Assembly (NCBI GenBank): GCA_044892505.1
Contig: CM097883.1
Span: 42,036,001-42,100,000 of the forward strand
DNA from: Schmidtea nova
Taxonomy: Eukaryota
DNA length: 64,000 bases
Direction: 5' to 3'
How positions within the stretch are numbered: the first letter of the stretch is position 1; each line of letters begins with the position of its first letter. Positions 36,001-47,900 of the stretch are shown in pieces. Below the pieces are notes generated by a model. The model was not told the DNA's origin and did no database searches. It saw only the letters and a list, made by a program, of their open reading frames with translations. A program made the translations under genes and the position numbers.

Positions 36001-39000
36001 AAAGTTGAAACTTTCAAAGTTATTGAAAATTATGGAAAAGTGATTGATTTATCAAATAGTTAAAAATTACCGGTGACTCAATATGGAGCAGATCTGGTAG
36101 AGGTTGCTTATTTTTTAGGTGATTATTATATGTACGCTTCTACCTATGGATGGTCTCAAGCCATTATGATTCAAGAATTTTCAATAATAACTAAAAAGAG
36201 CTACAAATGAAGCTTGGCAGCAAGTTGATAAGAAGACCGTTGGAAATAATTGTGCCAAATAAAAAGATGCAGTGGCGATGAAATTGGTTGGATGAGATAT
36301 TAAAAGAATAATGCGGCAAAGGTTTACAATCGCCTATCATTTAACCACTTTAACAGATAAAACTTTCGAAGCAAAGGCTGAGCAAGTTGAAATGGTAAAA
36401 TAAGTTAAAGAATTGCTTCAAGATCAGTTTTTAACGGCAGCTCGTCCTGAAATAAAAAGATTTCTAGTGTTACGTGGATATTTCGAATTTTAATGAATTG
36501 GCGAAGAAAGAAATTAAGATAGAATTAAATTTAAAGCACCCGAAAGTCATGTATACCGCCGTCAATGCCGAGAAACGAGAAAGGTCAATAACTCCAGTAA
36601 AGAAAGAATGGGAATCAAAGAATCCAATCCATCCAAACCGCTCTCCAAGATTATGTAATAAATTTGAAGTTAATAAAGCAACCTTTAGTAGTCAGATCAA
36701 CAAGAGATCGAATATTATTGTATGCGAGTATTGCAAGAAGGTCGGACATTATTCAAGTTAATGTTGGTTCATAAATGCCAGAAATGTTAGTCCTAAAAGA
36801 AAATATATGGAAAACAAGCCAAACAATGGTGACATCAAATGCAGTCGATGTAGAAAAATTGGCCTTATTAGCAGAAAATTTTTTTTCACCATCCACATCT
36901 CCGTCATCGAAACGGGATAAAGTGAATGCCAATGGACAAATTCAATGCCATTCATGCAAAAGTTACAGTCACATATATCGATCTTGCTCAAGAAATTCAG
37001 ATAGATTTGGAAGCCCAATTCTAAAGAAAACAATTAGATTTCAAGACGAATCGTCCAATTCCAATGTAGCTTATGCTGAAAAAGACGAGTTTAAAGAAAA
37101 AATGGAAAATGAATTTCGGGAAATGAGACAGAAATTAAACAAGTTGATGTTGAAATTCGAATCAGATGATGATGCAGACTCCTTTACGGTATATGAAAAT
37201 GTATTAGAAGTGAAAGGAAACTTGCTAATAAAGTAAAAATGACTTGTTGAACGAAAAGACTACGTTGTTGATAAAGAAAGTGGAAGGATAGCTAGCAAGG
37301 ATGAAAAAAAAACAATCTTCGATTGAAGGAGTGGATGACAGAGCTAAGCCGAATGCCACTCAATGAAAGAAAATTGAAAAGTATATTTACCTTATGTGCT
37401 AAGTCCTACAAAGGTTGGAAAATGTAAAATTTACAATAGATAAATAAGTACAAAAGATTAATTAAAAATTGATATTTCGTGAATGAAATTGGTATTTACA
37501 GGCGGCAAATGGAGAAACGAGTAGGAATATGATAAAAAATATCTATGTTATTTGCATTTTCCGTGTCGATTTATCGTAAAATTCCTTTACTAGAGCACGT
37601 ACTATTCTCTCAGTTTTATTTAAGCTATTCTGATCTCTTTCCTCTTGAAGTCTTTGTTCCATTTCACATCTTATTTCATTGACACTTTAAACTTGAATTC
37701 TTCCGAAATTTCATGACTTTTATTATATCTGCATTAACAGTATAGTACAACAAAAGCTCGATGAAAAATAAGAATTTTTTAAAGAAAAACTTACGTTAAT
37801 CTATGTTTTGGGTATGGCATACACACGCACCACGAATGCTCTTGTAGTAACAATATGAATAAGAAAGAAGCACAAGTATAACAATTATTTCTTAATTTCT
37901 TTTACTGAACTACTCTACATCATCAGACACACACACACGAAATTTTAGACACTGCTGATTCAATTTTACTAACAATTCGATTTTACAGAAAAATTCTACA
38001 AAAAGTTTATGAAGTCATTTTGTAAGCTTTTTGAAAATAATTGCCTTGAAGACGTTAAATATTTTTTTTCCAATAGTTCATTGAAATCTATGTAAGTGTC
38101 CAATGAAAATTGTTTTTCATAAATCCCTTTCCAAATAAGTACCAAATCACAATAATAGCACTATTTTGTTTGACAATTTAATATTCTTAACATTTACACT
38201 CTGATTGTAAACATCAAGTCAATACTACTAATTAATTAATCAGTAGAACGAATAAAAAAACGAAATATATACAAATTTATTCTTGTATTTTTATTTATAA
38301 TATTTATTTCAATCATTTATTTGAATTTCGTCTAGAAGCGAACCTGTTAAGAAAAGCTTCTTTTCAGAAATTCAATTTCTCAAAAGGATGATGCAAATCA
38401 TTATTTTCAGTTATCAAAGCGCAATATTCGCATTTATATATATAAGAAACATGATAAATGTGGTTGATAGTTGTGATTCGATGTGAACATGAGTGCTTGT
38501 CACTCGCCATGACATTGGGGCATCTCCTCGTAGAGCTGAGTAGAAAGTACTGTTTAATAAATTACGTTTATTTCACAATTACCGGATATGGATGCGGAGA
38601 AGTAATTTACTGAGTAACATGTTCAATGATTGTGCGATGTCTGTAAACTATAGTTATTCACAAATAAAGCACCAGAACGAGGGTATTATCAACCATATTT
38701 TTATTGTAATTTTGAATAATTTTTTCAATTTTAATAAAAGATTAATAAAAAGAATATTTCTTAAAATATATTTAAAATTAAAAATTGTAACTGATTTTTA
38801 TCCTTAGATGGGCGATTTTTTTCTTGAGACAAGGGTATTGATAGGTCAGTCATTTAGATACAAATGTTCTCTTAAAAGTTTTTTATTTTACTAATCACAT
38901 AAGAGCCATATTTTTAGGTTAGGAAATAAGAATAAGTCTCACAGAGTCTGATCTGGAAAATGGTGATCTAGCACAGAATTGGTGACAAATGAAATTATGA

Positions 39001-40039
39001 CGGAAACAGAGTTAGAAAGTGTACAGTTAGATTCGAAATGAAAAATGTGCAAATTTGAGAAAGAATGAATAGATAGTTAATTTATCCATAGTGAATGTTG
39101 AAAACGGGACAGGTATAGATTAGCAAATGGCGAAGAGCGTGGTGATTAGGAATCCGTCAGAAAATGTTTAGAAAGGTTGAAAAGCATGGAAGAGCGTAAA
39201 AACAAAAAATCAATAATAAATTAATTAATTGGCTAATGGATAACCAGAGCTAATGGGAAACATGAGAGAATGGAGAACCCGAGAGATGAAGGAAACTCGG
39301 GCTCAGCAAACAAGGAAAGTAAACAAAGTTGATTTCGGAAAGGTCATAATCTCGACATTATGAGTAATGGGAGTAAACAAAATTGGTTTTTACGAAAGGG
39401 TAACAGAAGAGTGTAATCAATTAATACTTGTTCTCAGATGACATTTAAGAAAACCAATTTTCAACGCGTTGTCAGACAAAAGAGATTCGACCGAAACCTA
39501 CTTAAACAAAATGAGTATTCTAGTATATAAGGAAACTCAGAATTGAAAACAATCGCCAATTTATTCAAGTTAGAGAGAAGAAAAAGAGATTAGATTGAAG
39601 GAAAGAGAATTAGAAGAATTAGAAACGATTATGGAAGCAGATAAATTAAAGATAATAGTTAGAGAAAACAGTAAAGAGAAATTGAAGAGTTAAATTCAAG
39701 GAATTTTAAAATATTAGAGAAAAGCAGTTCAATCAAGAGGAAACCAGTGTATAAGGTGATTATTATTATTAAGCGCACGAGATCAAAATATCCACAACGG
39801 AACTCGATCAAGTAATTGAAACTTTCTATCATAGAGTTGTAAATATTGAACTGTAAAAAGATTGTATTGATTTAAAATAAATATACGTTTGGAGTGTTAT
39901 TAGTTGCTGATTTACAGAGCGCGAGGAGACAGAGATAGCGACGATTATTTTATGTTTTAATTAAAACCCAACATATATTTTTGGTGAGGCCGACGTGATC
40001 TAAAGTCGGCGTAGAATTAATGAACAATTTTTAGTAAGT

Positions 40040-41110
40040 CAAATTTATAAATACATAATTCATGATGGGATATTGAAATGCGTGAAAAATGATAAGGTAT
40101 TAATTATGATCCCAGTGAAAGATAGAGATTCATTAATGATACAATATCATAATGGAGCCTTAAGAGGACATTTATCGGCGAGAAAATCTTTATCCAGACT
40201 AAAATGGAAATAATACTGACCATCGACGGAACAAGATGTCAAAGATTGGTGCAAAAGTTGCAAAAACTATATTACTTGACAAAATACAGAAGGAAATATT
40301 AAAGTACCTTTAAATCCAATGCCAGCTCCAACCGCGCCAATGGAGATGATAGCAATGGACATAATTGGACCATTACCTGAACCAATAAAAGGAAATAGAT
40401 GCATTGTAGTATTTTGTGATTACCTTACAAGGTGGCCTGAAGCTTATATAATACCAAATCAAAGGACCGATACAGTAGCCAAAATATTTGTTGAGAACAT
40501 TACTTTTAGATATGGCACTCCTAAGAAGCTACTAACTGATCAAGGTTCAAATTTTCAAAGTGAACTGTTTAAATCAATAACAGAGTTATTTGGAATATGG
40601 AAGTTAAACACTCCCCCTATCATTCACAGACTGATGGGTTGGTTGAAAGATTTAATGAGACATTAATGACTATGATCTCTTCTATATAAAATCTTATACA
40701 AAATTTTGTTTATTTGTGCACCGGAATGCCGTCAATCCAAGTACAGATGAGAGACCTTTTTATTTAATGTATTTAAGAAGGAATAACATGCCGATTGATT
40801 TACAATTCCAAGCAACAGTATTGAAATATATGGAAATTCCAGATTTCAAATCAATTATGCAAGAAAGAATGCAATCTGTGTGGAATAAAGCTTGGTTAAC
40901 AATAAAGCACAATCAAGAAAAGTATAAAAAATCTTAGGACAAGAAGGCACATGCCCACGGAATAAAAATCGGAGACTTAGTATATCTCAATATGCCAGAG
41001 CCACTCAAAGGCATGTCGCCTAAGTTACAGAAACCATTTAAAGGACCATATAAAGTGTGCGACACAACCGAAACAAATTTAAAGTTACTAGCATTCAAGA
41101 GTAAAAATGC
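40040..41110 (+). pseudogene. Ty3/gypsy integrase remnant (HHCC, DDE core, GPY/F)
   Basis: YHNGALRGHL...WCKSCK; AMDIIGPLP...CDYLTRWPEA...LTDQGSNFQS (ORF 40319-40666); frameshifted PYHSQTDGLVERFN; KPFKGPYKV. Confidence 0.95.
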
Positions 41111-41451
41111 TAACCCTATAATACTACTTTTGACATTGTGGTCAATATCTGAAAACTAATCAGTAAAGGAACATTACTTTTCAAGTTATACTGGCTAGAC
41201 ACTTGAACTTCTGATGCAAAGTTGGACATCAGGACAAGGTATGTGCTTTCTTCAAATTATTATCAGATAAATTTTGGCATAAAAAGCACTAGGGTAGGGC
41301 TAACAAACGTGGATTACAACAGTAGGAGCTACAATAATAATAAATAATAAAAATAAAATCAATTAGCAAAGAAAACCACTACTGAGTTATTAATAATCGA
41401 ATTGAAATTGTGATTGAGATTGATATTCTGATAATATAATTATGATAAACA

Positions 41452-41784
41452 TAAAGATCACAGTATACATTGTAAAAATTCACAGAGTTCGATTTGATAA
41501 TATAGGTTTGACCGGAATGTTTCTGCAGTTAGAAAAATTAATGCCATTCAAGTTTCTGCAGTTACATTGATCAATGAATATATATTTAACAAAGACAAAT
41601 AATTTTATGAAGCAAATTAATCATCCATATCATCGAGGAACTCTAAATAGTTTCCACCATGCGGGATGCAACGTTGCCAACGTGCAGGGAGCTTGTTAAT
41701 GCCAGCTGCGAAGAAATTTTCATTTTTATTCTCTAAAGATCACAGTATACATTGTAAAAATTCACAGAGTTCGATTTGATAATA
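41452..41784 (+). repeat. 51-bp perfect direct repeat (41452-41502 / 41734-41784)
   Basis: taaagatcacagtatacattgtaaaaattcacagagttcgatttgataata occurs twice. Confidence 0.9.
41635..41725 (-). pseudogene. Mariner transposase C-terminal fragment
   Basis: NENFFAAGINKLPARWQRCIPHGGNYLE matches the mariner end motif GIxKLxxRWxxCxxxxGxY. Confidence 0.8.
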
Positions 41785-41946
41785 AGAGTGTATCATATTA
41801 AGAAAATAAAATAGTTTAATAAAAGATCCTGCGACGGTATTCTCAGTGGCAGTGAGGGAGTCATTTTAAAACAGAAAATATTTATATAATATTTATTCAA
41901 AGTAAAATTAAAGAAAATTACCTAATTTTCTTGAAAAATAAAATTT

Positions 41947-42706
41947 TCAATTTTCAGATTTAGGGAAAGGAAAAGAATAATGACAAAATATTCTATTCAA
42001 ATCAACAGATTTTGTCGTCTTGTTGTTATACTTCGTTATGATATCTCTACTGATTATTAGATTGATTTTATCTGGTCTGCAAACTGACATAAAACTGTTT
42101 TCATTTAGAACATGGTTAATTCTTTCACGGTACAACAAATTTAATGCTGTTCCATTCTTGTTTGTTCTCTCGTAATTGTAGTAGAATATCCTCCTAATAT
42201 CTCGAAGTTGGTCAATTTTAGAAAGCTCGGTACAACTCTAATCCCTACACTTTCTGAGTTTCAGCCCTTAATAAACTGTCTCTTGATAGTTTCTTGTCCC
42301 GTAAGTATCTGAATATTGTTAAAGACAATATTGATCATTTGGAAATATTCTCTGGAACTCTTCAAAATTGTAGTTGACAATTGTATCGATATTTCAACAT
42401 TGTTGATTGTATAGCTTTCAACAACTTCGCCTAAGTGCCATTTGGATATAATAAACAACTGTCTTCCGTCAAAACAAAATCTTTGACTGTTGTTTTTACT
42501 GTAAACAAGAACCAATAGTAACTCTAATTTAGTACAAATGCTAATACTATATCGTACATGTGAAATGGACTATCGACTTTTATGTTGAAATTAGCATAGA
42601 ATGATTTCAGATTGACTACTCTTCCATCTTCCTTGACTTTATTGGTAATTGTATTGGGATGTAGAGCAGATTCAATAATTGGAATAATTTAGAATGTTTC
42701 GGCCAT
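41947..42706 (-). pseudogene. piwi: PIWI-clade Argonaute pseudogene fragment (N domain, L1, start of PAZ)
   Basis: Joining frames gives KEDGRVVNLKSFYANFNIKVDSPFHMYDIV / RFCFDGRQLF...YFQMINIVF...TGQETIKRQF...EILGGYSTTI / NGTALNL...INHVL...IITKYNNKT. These are the FDG, QxxNI, GYxTxI and TxYNNKT landmarks in the correct order and spacing, with 2 stops and 2 frameshifts. Confidence 0.8.
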
Positions 42707-43024
42707 GATTTTCTGAGAAGAAAATAAAAAGTGAATTTTATATGATTATTTAAACAAGGATTTTTTATAAAAATTATTTAATTTAATAACACATTAATAA
42801 TTTAATTATTAAATTAATGTAAATTTTAAATTGGAATGTCTGATGCAGTACAATAAAATCCCACCAAAGTACGCAGAGCGTCTCTATGGACTGAAAAAAT
42901 GGAAGGTCATAATCAAAGAAATATTGAGGGATTTGAAGTGCTCTTTGAGAAGTAAATGGAAGATTGTCTTGAGGAGGTTGGATATTAGGCGTGTTTGTAA
43001 AGGTCGTCAGTTGTTTCGTGTCTT

Positions 43025-43805
43025 CTAGAATGTCTTTATCAATGACATTCTCTTTTGTGATATGATTATTTGGCGCTTCGTCGTGCTCGAGAGTAAAAAC
43101 GATGGTTTTAATCTTGTAAGGTTGACCATAATGTGATTATTGTAAATATCAAGTCTCGTTGTGTTTTTGTACAGTTTGATGATGTGGAATGGACATTTGT
43201 ATCTACGTTTGAGGTTTAATGAGTCGATTGTTTTCATCCAAGAGTGGGTTGAAGAAGAAAGCGATTGTGGTATATACGGTTTGTATGATGTAGAGTATGT
43301 GAATGACGGATTTGTGTCAAGACTCAAATACTTTTGCGTGTGAGGTTGATCTAGTCTAGTGGTGAATTGTTATAGAGATCGATGAGTTCGTTAGGCATGA
43401 AGGTGTTAGTGAAGGTGACACACCTCTTGAGCAATTTGTTGTGTTGTACCATCCTAATAAAATGAAAGGTAAAGTTTTTGCCCATGAAGTTGACGTTGAG
43501 AGATTTCTGAGCGATTATTTCAAGGTCCAGTGAGCGAGTTCAACAAGACCATTTGTTTGCAGGATATAGGCACTTGTGTGCAAATGTTTGAGGCGGAGAC
43601 TGTTTGTAAGATGATCGAAAAAATCTGATTCGAAGCTCTGATTCGAATTGTGTCCCTTTGTCCGTTTTTGTGGTGATGTCAAAAATTGGAATGGCCTCGA
43701 ATCAGCGTGTTTTGCGATCAATCATTGTCTGTATGTAACAGAATCCGTCTTCTGTGGGGAGTTTGCTTGCTAGGTCGGTGTGGAGTATGTCAAATCTTGA
43801 ACAAT
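43025..43805 (-). pseudogene. Gypsy integrase remnant, CsRn1-like
   Basis: RFDILHTDLASKLPTEDGFCYIQTMIDRKTR*FEAIP...TDKGTQFES...TSAYILQTNGLVELAHWTLK...THSWMK...YKCPF...VNLTRLKPSF. Confidence 0.85.
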
Positions 43806-43887
43806 TCAAATTTTGATTTTTAGAATTAATTAAAGAAATAATATTTTTTTATTTAGTTCAATGAACTCTATGGAAAATTGTAAAAGT

Positions 43888-44630
43888 TAATACTACTAAT
43901 TAATTAATCAGTAGAAAGAATTAAAAAACGAAATATATACCAATTTATGCTTTTATTTTTATTTATAATATTTATTTCAATCATTTATTTGAATTTCGTC
44001 TAGAAGTGAACCTGTTAAGAAAAGCTTATTTTCAGAAATTCAATTTCTCAAAAGGATGATGCAAATCATTATTTTCAATTATCAAAGCGCAATATTCGCA
44101 TTTATATATATAAGAAACATAATAAATGTGGTTGATAGTTGTGATTCGATGTGAACATGAGTGCTTGTCACTCGCCATGACATTGGGGCATCTCCTCGTA
44201 GAGCTGAGTAGAAAGTACTGTTTAATAAATTACGTTTATTTCACAATTACCGGATATGGATGCGGAGAAGTAATTTACTGAGTAACATGTTCAATGATTG
44301 TGCGATGTCTGTAAACTATAGTTATTCACAAATAAAGCACCAGAACGAGGGTATTATCAACCATATTTTTATTGTAATTTTGAATAATTTTTTCAATTTT
44401 AATAAAAGATAAATAAAAAGAATATTTCACAAAATATATTTATAAATTAAAAATTGTAACTGATTTTTATCCTTAGATTGGCGAACTTCTTCTTGAGACA
44501 AGGGTATTGATAGGTCAGTCATTTAGTTTAAAATGTTCTCTTAAAAGTTCAATATTTTACTAGTCACATATGAGCCATCATTTTAAGTTAGGAAATAATA
44601 AAAAGTCTCACAGAGTCGGATCTGGAAAAT
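43888..44630 (+). repeat. Module A, stand-alone copy
   Basis: Aligns end to end with 25993-26735, ends at the same tctggaaaat, and truncates the adjacent mariner. Confidence 0.93.
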
Positions 44631-45396
44631 ATAGCGGATGGGCAAGCAATTCGTCATGTAATTCCACTAAGCTTGCTGTTGCAATTACCCTTTTGTGTGT
44701 TGCCGTGATGAAAAATCATTTTTTGTGGTCGACAGCGGTCATTTTGCTTTGAGTTTATTTGTTAAACGATCCAGCAGTGCTGGACAGCATTCACCAGTAA
44801 TTGTTCGACACTTTTGAAGATACTAGATGTGTATTATCCAATGTCCATCCATAAAAACAGTTGCTATCGCTTTTCTAGCCATTGTTTTCATTATTATGTT
44901 AGCTCTGTTGTGTAGTAGTCAATCCGTGTTTCATCAACCGTTTGTATCGCCGTACAATTTCATGTGGATTACGTTGAAACAGCTTTAATCATCGCTGTGA
45001 ATCATCAACTCGTTGTTTTTGATCATTAGTTAAAGAACTCGGCACCAACCTTGCAATCAGCTTTTCATATACAAGTGTTCATGAACGATGTCGAAATCAA
45101 GTTCAGTCGAGATGTTTGTAATCTTGGCTATCTCACGGATCTTCACTTTGCAATCGTTTTGAATTCATTCGTGTAATTTCTTATGATTTCGGAATACTTG
45201 ATTCGTTTGGACGACCTCTGTGGCCATCATCTGAATGGCTCCTTCGATCATGTTTAAATTCATTATACCAATAAATAACAACTGTTTTTCTGTGTAGATT
45301 TCTTTTAATGTTTGTCAAGCGATTCTCTTGCTTATACCGTATTTTTTCAGATTAAAGAACAATATTTCATCAACACAAAAAATTCACTTTTTTCAT
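44631..45396 (-). pseudogene. Mariner transposase remnant, irritans (Himar1-like) subfamily
   Basis: MKKSEF/VLMKYCSLI*KNTV, EFKHDRRSHSDDGHRGRP, ARLVPSSLTNDQKQRVDDSQR, ATVFMDGHWIIHI*YLQK. The 3' part is lost at module A. Confidence 0.88.
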
Positions 45397-46496
45397 TTTT
45401 CTAGTAATAGAAAAAGTTGTTTAATTTAAATGGTTGTAAATATTTGAGACATCGATCTGAAAATATAAATTTAATTTTTGTGAGATTGTACTTCTTACAG
45501 ATCACACTATTGGGTTATTGGTCGGTGGTACACATGAGTCATCGTGTCCTTTAATTTATATCAAAATCAATAATGTCCGACACAGAATATTTTTATGTGG
45601 TTGTCATCAAAAAATACAATTCGTCTTTGATACAAATTTGTTTAATTGTTGCAATTTACGATATTTCAATAATGAATGGCAGCGATCCCCAAACATTTTG
45701 GAACCACCACCCACTTAATTCGAAAAGCCTTTCAAAAACGCTACTCCCACAAACGTAATCAGAATTGCGAACTGCCTGACCCAGTCACGAACATAAAAAA
45801 AATCAAAAAACAATAACTTGAATCACATATTTATTTATTAAAGTATTACAGTGATCTTTAACTTCGATAAAATTGAACTGATTGAAAATATGATTGACTT
45901 TATCATCAAATTTTTCACTTGTTGATTTGCCCATACATTGTATGGGAAGTAGGAAAGTCTCAAAATAAGGCTAACATCTTTAAGGTAATTATTTTCACAT
46001 TACATACAATATGAATTCGTAAACCTTTTAAAAAGCTTTTCTATAAAATAAAATTGATAAAAAATTGAATCAGCAGTGTTTAAAATTTCGTGCTATTCAC
46101 AAAACAGAACTATGATCCGTAGCCAAGGAAGAGGAGGAGGTTAAAATCCTTGTCAGAAACAATTTTATTCCTCTTCATATTCTGGCTCATATTTACGCCG
46201 GGTCACAGACGGGGATAGACAGGACCAATTCCCGGATCCCAGAAATTTCAGTGACCGGCTCAGGTGACAAGATTTTACCAATTTGACTGTCAAGAATATG
46301 ATATAGAATCTGAAGATAAATAAACTGAAAATGAAAATAGATCAATGTATTAAAAGACTTGTCTAATGTAAATTATTAATTAATTTATTGCTATATATTT
46401 AATGATAGACACGAGGCATCAGATCAAAATGCACATTCCAATTATTGATTATAAAACACTTATCAAGCACTTTCACTTGTATAGATAATCGCTAAG

Positions 46497-46964
46497 ATGC
46501 ATGATTGGTCCTTGGGGATGTTCATATTATTAATTGCGACCCCACTTGCCGTTTCATTGGATTTTAATTCAACTTCTCAGAGTTGGTCAGCTACAATCTT
46601 GATCACGGCTATTGTGGTGTTTGTGATTTTTCTTGTTGTGCTTGTTGTCGTTTTATATCGCTTTTGTGGATGCATATGCTCATTTTCACAAGGTATTCAA
46701 AGGAGAAACGCAGTAGGAACTCAAGGTCCCTCAAGTATTTCTGTCATAAGTAACAATCAGATTTTCCATATGCCCTCCCAGAGCTCTAATATTGAACATC
46801 CGGTTGGATCTCTTCAAGAAATGACAGATAACAGAGAGCAACCACCGAAGTATTCAGATATTATTTTCTACACAAATGACTCCTATGAGCCAATTGACGA
46901 CATTTTGTCTTCTGAAATGGCTTTAACTGAAAATATCGAAAGGCCGCCATCTTATGAACCATAA
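46497..46964 (+). CDS. Single-pass type I membrane protein with signal peptide, Cys-rich juxtamembrane segment and two PPxY motifs (WBP1/VOPP1/Shisa-like architecture)
   Basis: Intact 155-aa ATG-to-TAA ORF: hydrophobic N-terminus, NST sequon, 20+ aa TM, FCGCIC, PPKY and C-terminal PPSY. Confidence 0.8.
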   Translation: MHDWSLGMFILLIATPLAVSLDFNSTSQSWSATILITAIVVFVIFLVVLVVVLYRFCGCICSFSQGIQRRNAVGTQGPSSISVISNNQIFHMPSQSSNIEHPVGSLQEMTDNREQPPKYSDIIFYTNDSYEPIDDILSSEMALTENIERPPSYEP

Positions 46965-47667
46965 TATTTTGACAGGAAATTCAGTTTTGAGGAGAAATTA
47001 CAATGTTATTATCATCAAATGAACTTATAATTATATTATTAATACTATTATTATTATACTTTTGCAGATGAGTATTGATCAAATGTGCAAATATTCGAGT
47101 GCAAATCATAAAAAATGTTGTAAAATTAATTTATACAAAATATTAATTAATTAATTAAAAAATCGTGAAAGCAATATTATTTAGAGAGGGAGTGTAACAG
47201 TGTAAAAATGAAATAAAATTATTTTTATTCGATGGATAAAATTTGTTAAATTACATAATAATTAGTTAATTAATTAAAAGTTTGTTAATGACAATAATCA
47301 ATTCAATAGAAAAACAAAATTTACGATTATGTGAATCATTTGGAAATTATCGTATAAACCAATGATGGTGATACGCCTAGAATTATTGTTCGTAAACAAT
47401 GATTGCATGCTTGTACAGAGATGAATGTAAGGGCGTGGCCATCATAAAAAAGTTACTTAACCCAACTTAAAAAAATGATAAGGTTTTATGAGGTTCAACA
47501 TGTGTCAATAGGTAGCAGCAGGCGCATCAAGTCAGCCTCGAATTGAAAAAAAATTAATTTTATTTCTTTTATTTTGTTAATTTTTGCTTTCCCACCTTCT
47601 TGTCCAAGTTTCAGAGGATTGTCTCATTTATCCTACCGGTTTTCCTCTAATTAATTTAATAAGTTAA

Positions 47668-47900
47668 CCCTTTCGCCCCTATTGGGACAATACGTCCCAG
47701 AAACTTTCATCATGATCCTACTGGGATATTTTCAAAGCAATTTGCGGTGTTAAAGTTTATTTTCAGTGTTTCATTGTTCTAGGATATTCAGAAGCGCCAC
47801 GATTACAAAAATGAGAATATTTCATATTTAGGTCAATATTAACAAGTTCCAATATATAAATTTAGCATAGTGTCATTAGCGGAAAGTCGGTGTGAAAGGG
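47668..47900. mobile_element. piggyBac-type MITE, 233 bp
   Basis: TTAA|ccctttc ... gaaaggg|TTAA. The paralogous arm near 56895 has the empty single-TTAA site. Confidence 0.92.

Larger units (their letters stand above)
25993..40025 (+). repeat. Tandem array with a 4,077-bp unit (starts 25993, 30070, 34147, 38219): three full units plus a partial, more diverged fourth
   Basis: Identical ORF sets recur at +4077 and +4077; the fourth unit is at +4072. Unit = module A + LTR 3' part + PBS + gag + module B. Confidence 0.97.

Noticed and set aside
24169-38807. Recurrent MRRSNLLSNMF ORF of module A as a gene
   Set aside because: Its length varies between copies, it is broken at 43888, 47990 and 56333, and it has a low-complexity AT tail and no motif.
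25993-40025. CRISPR array or prokaryotic system
   Set aside because: The repeats are kilobase-scale with no spacer structure, and the context is eukaryotic with no cas or operon-like genes.
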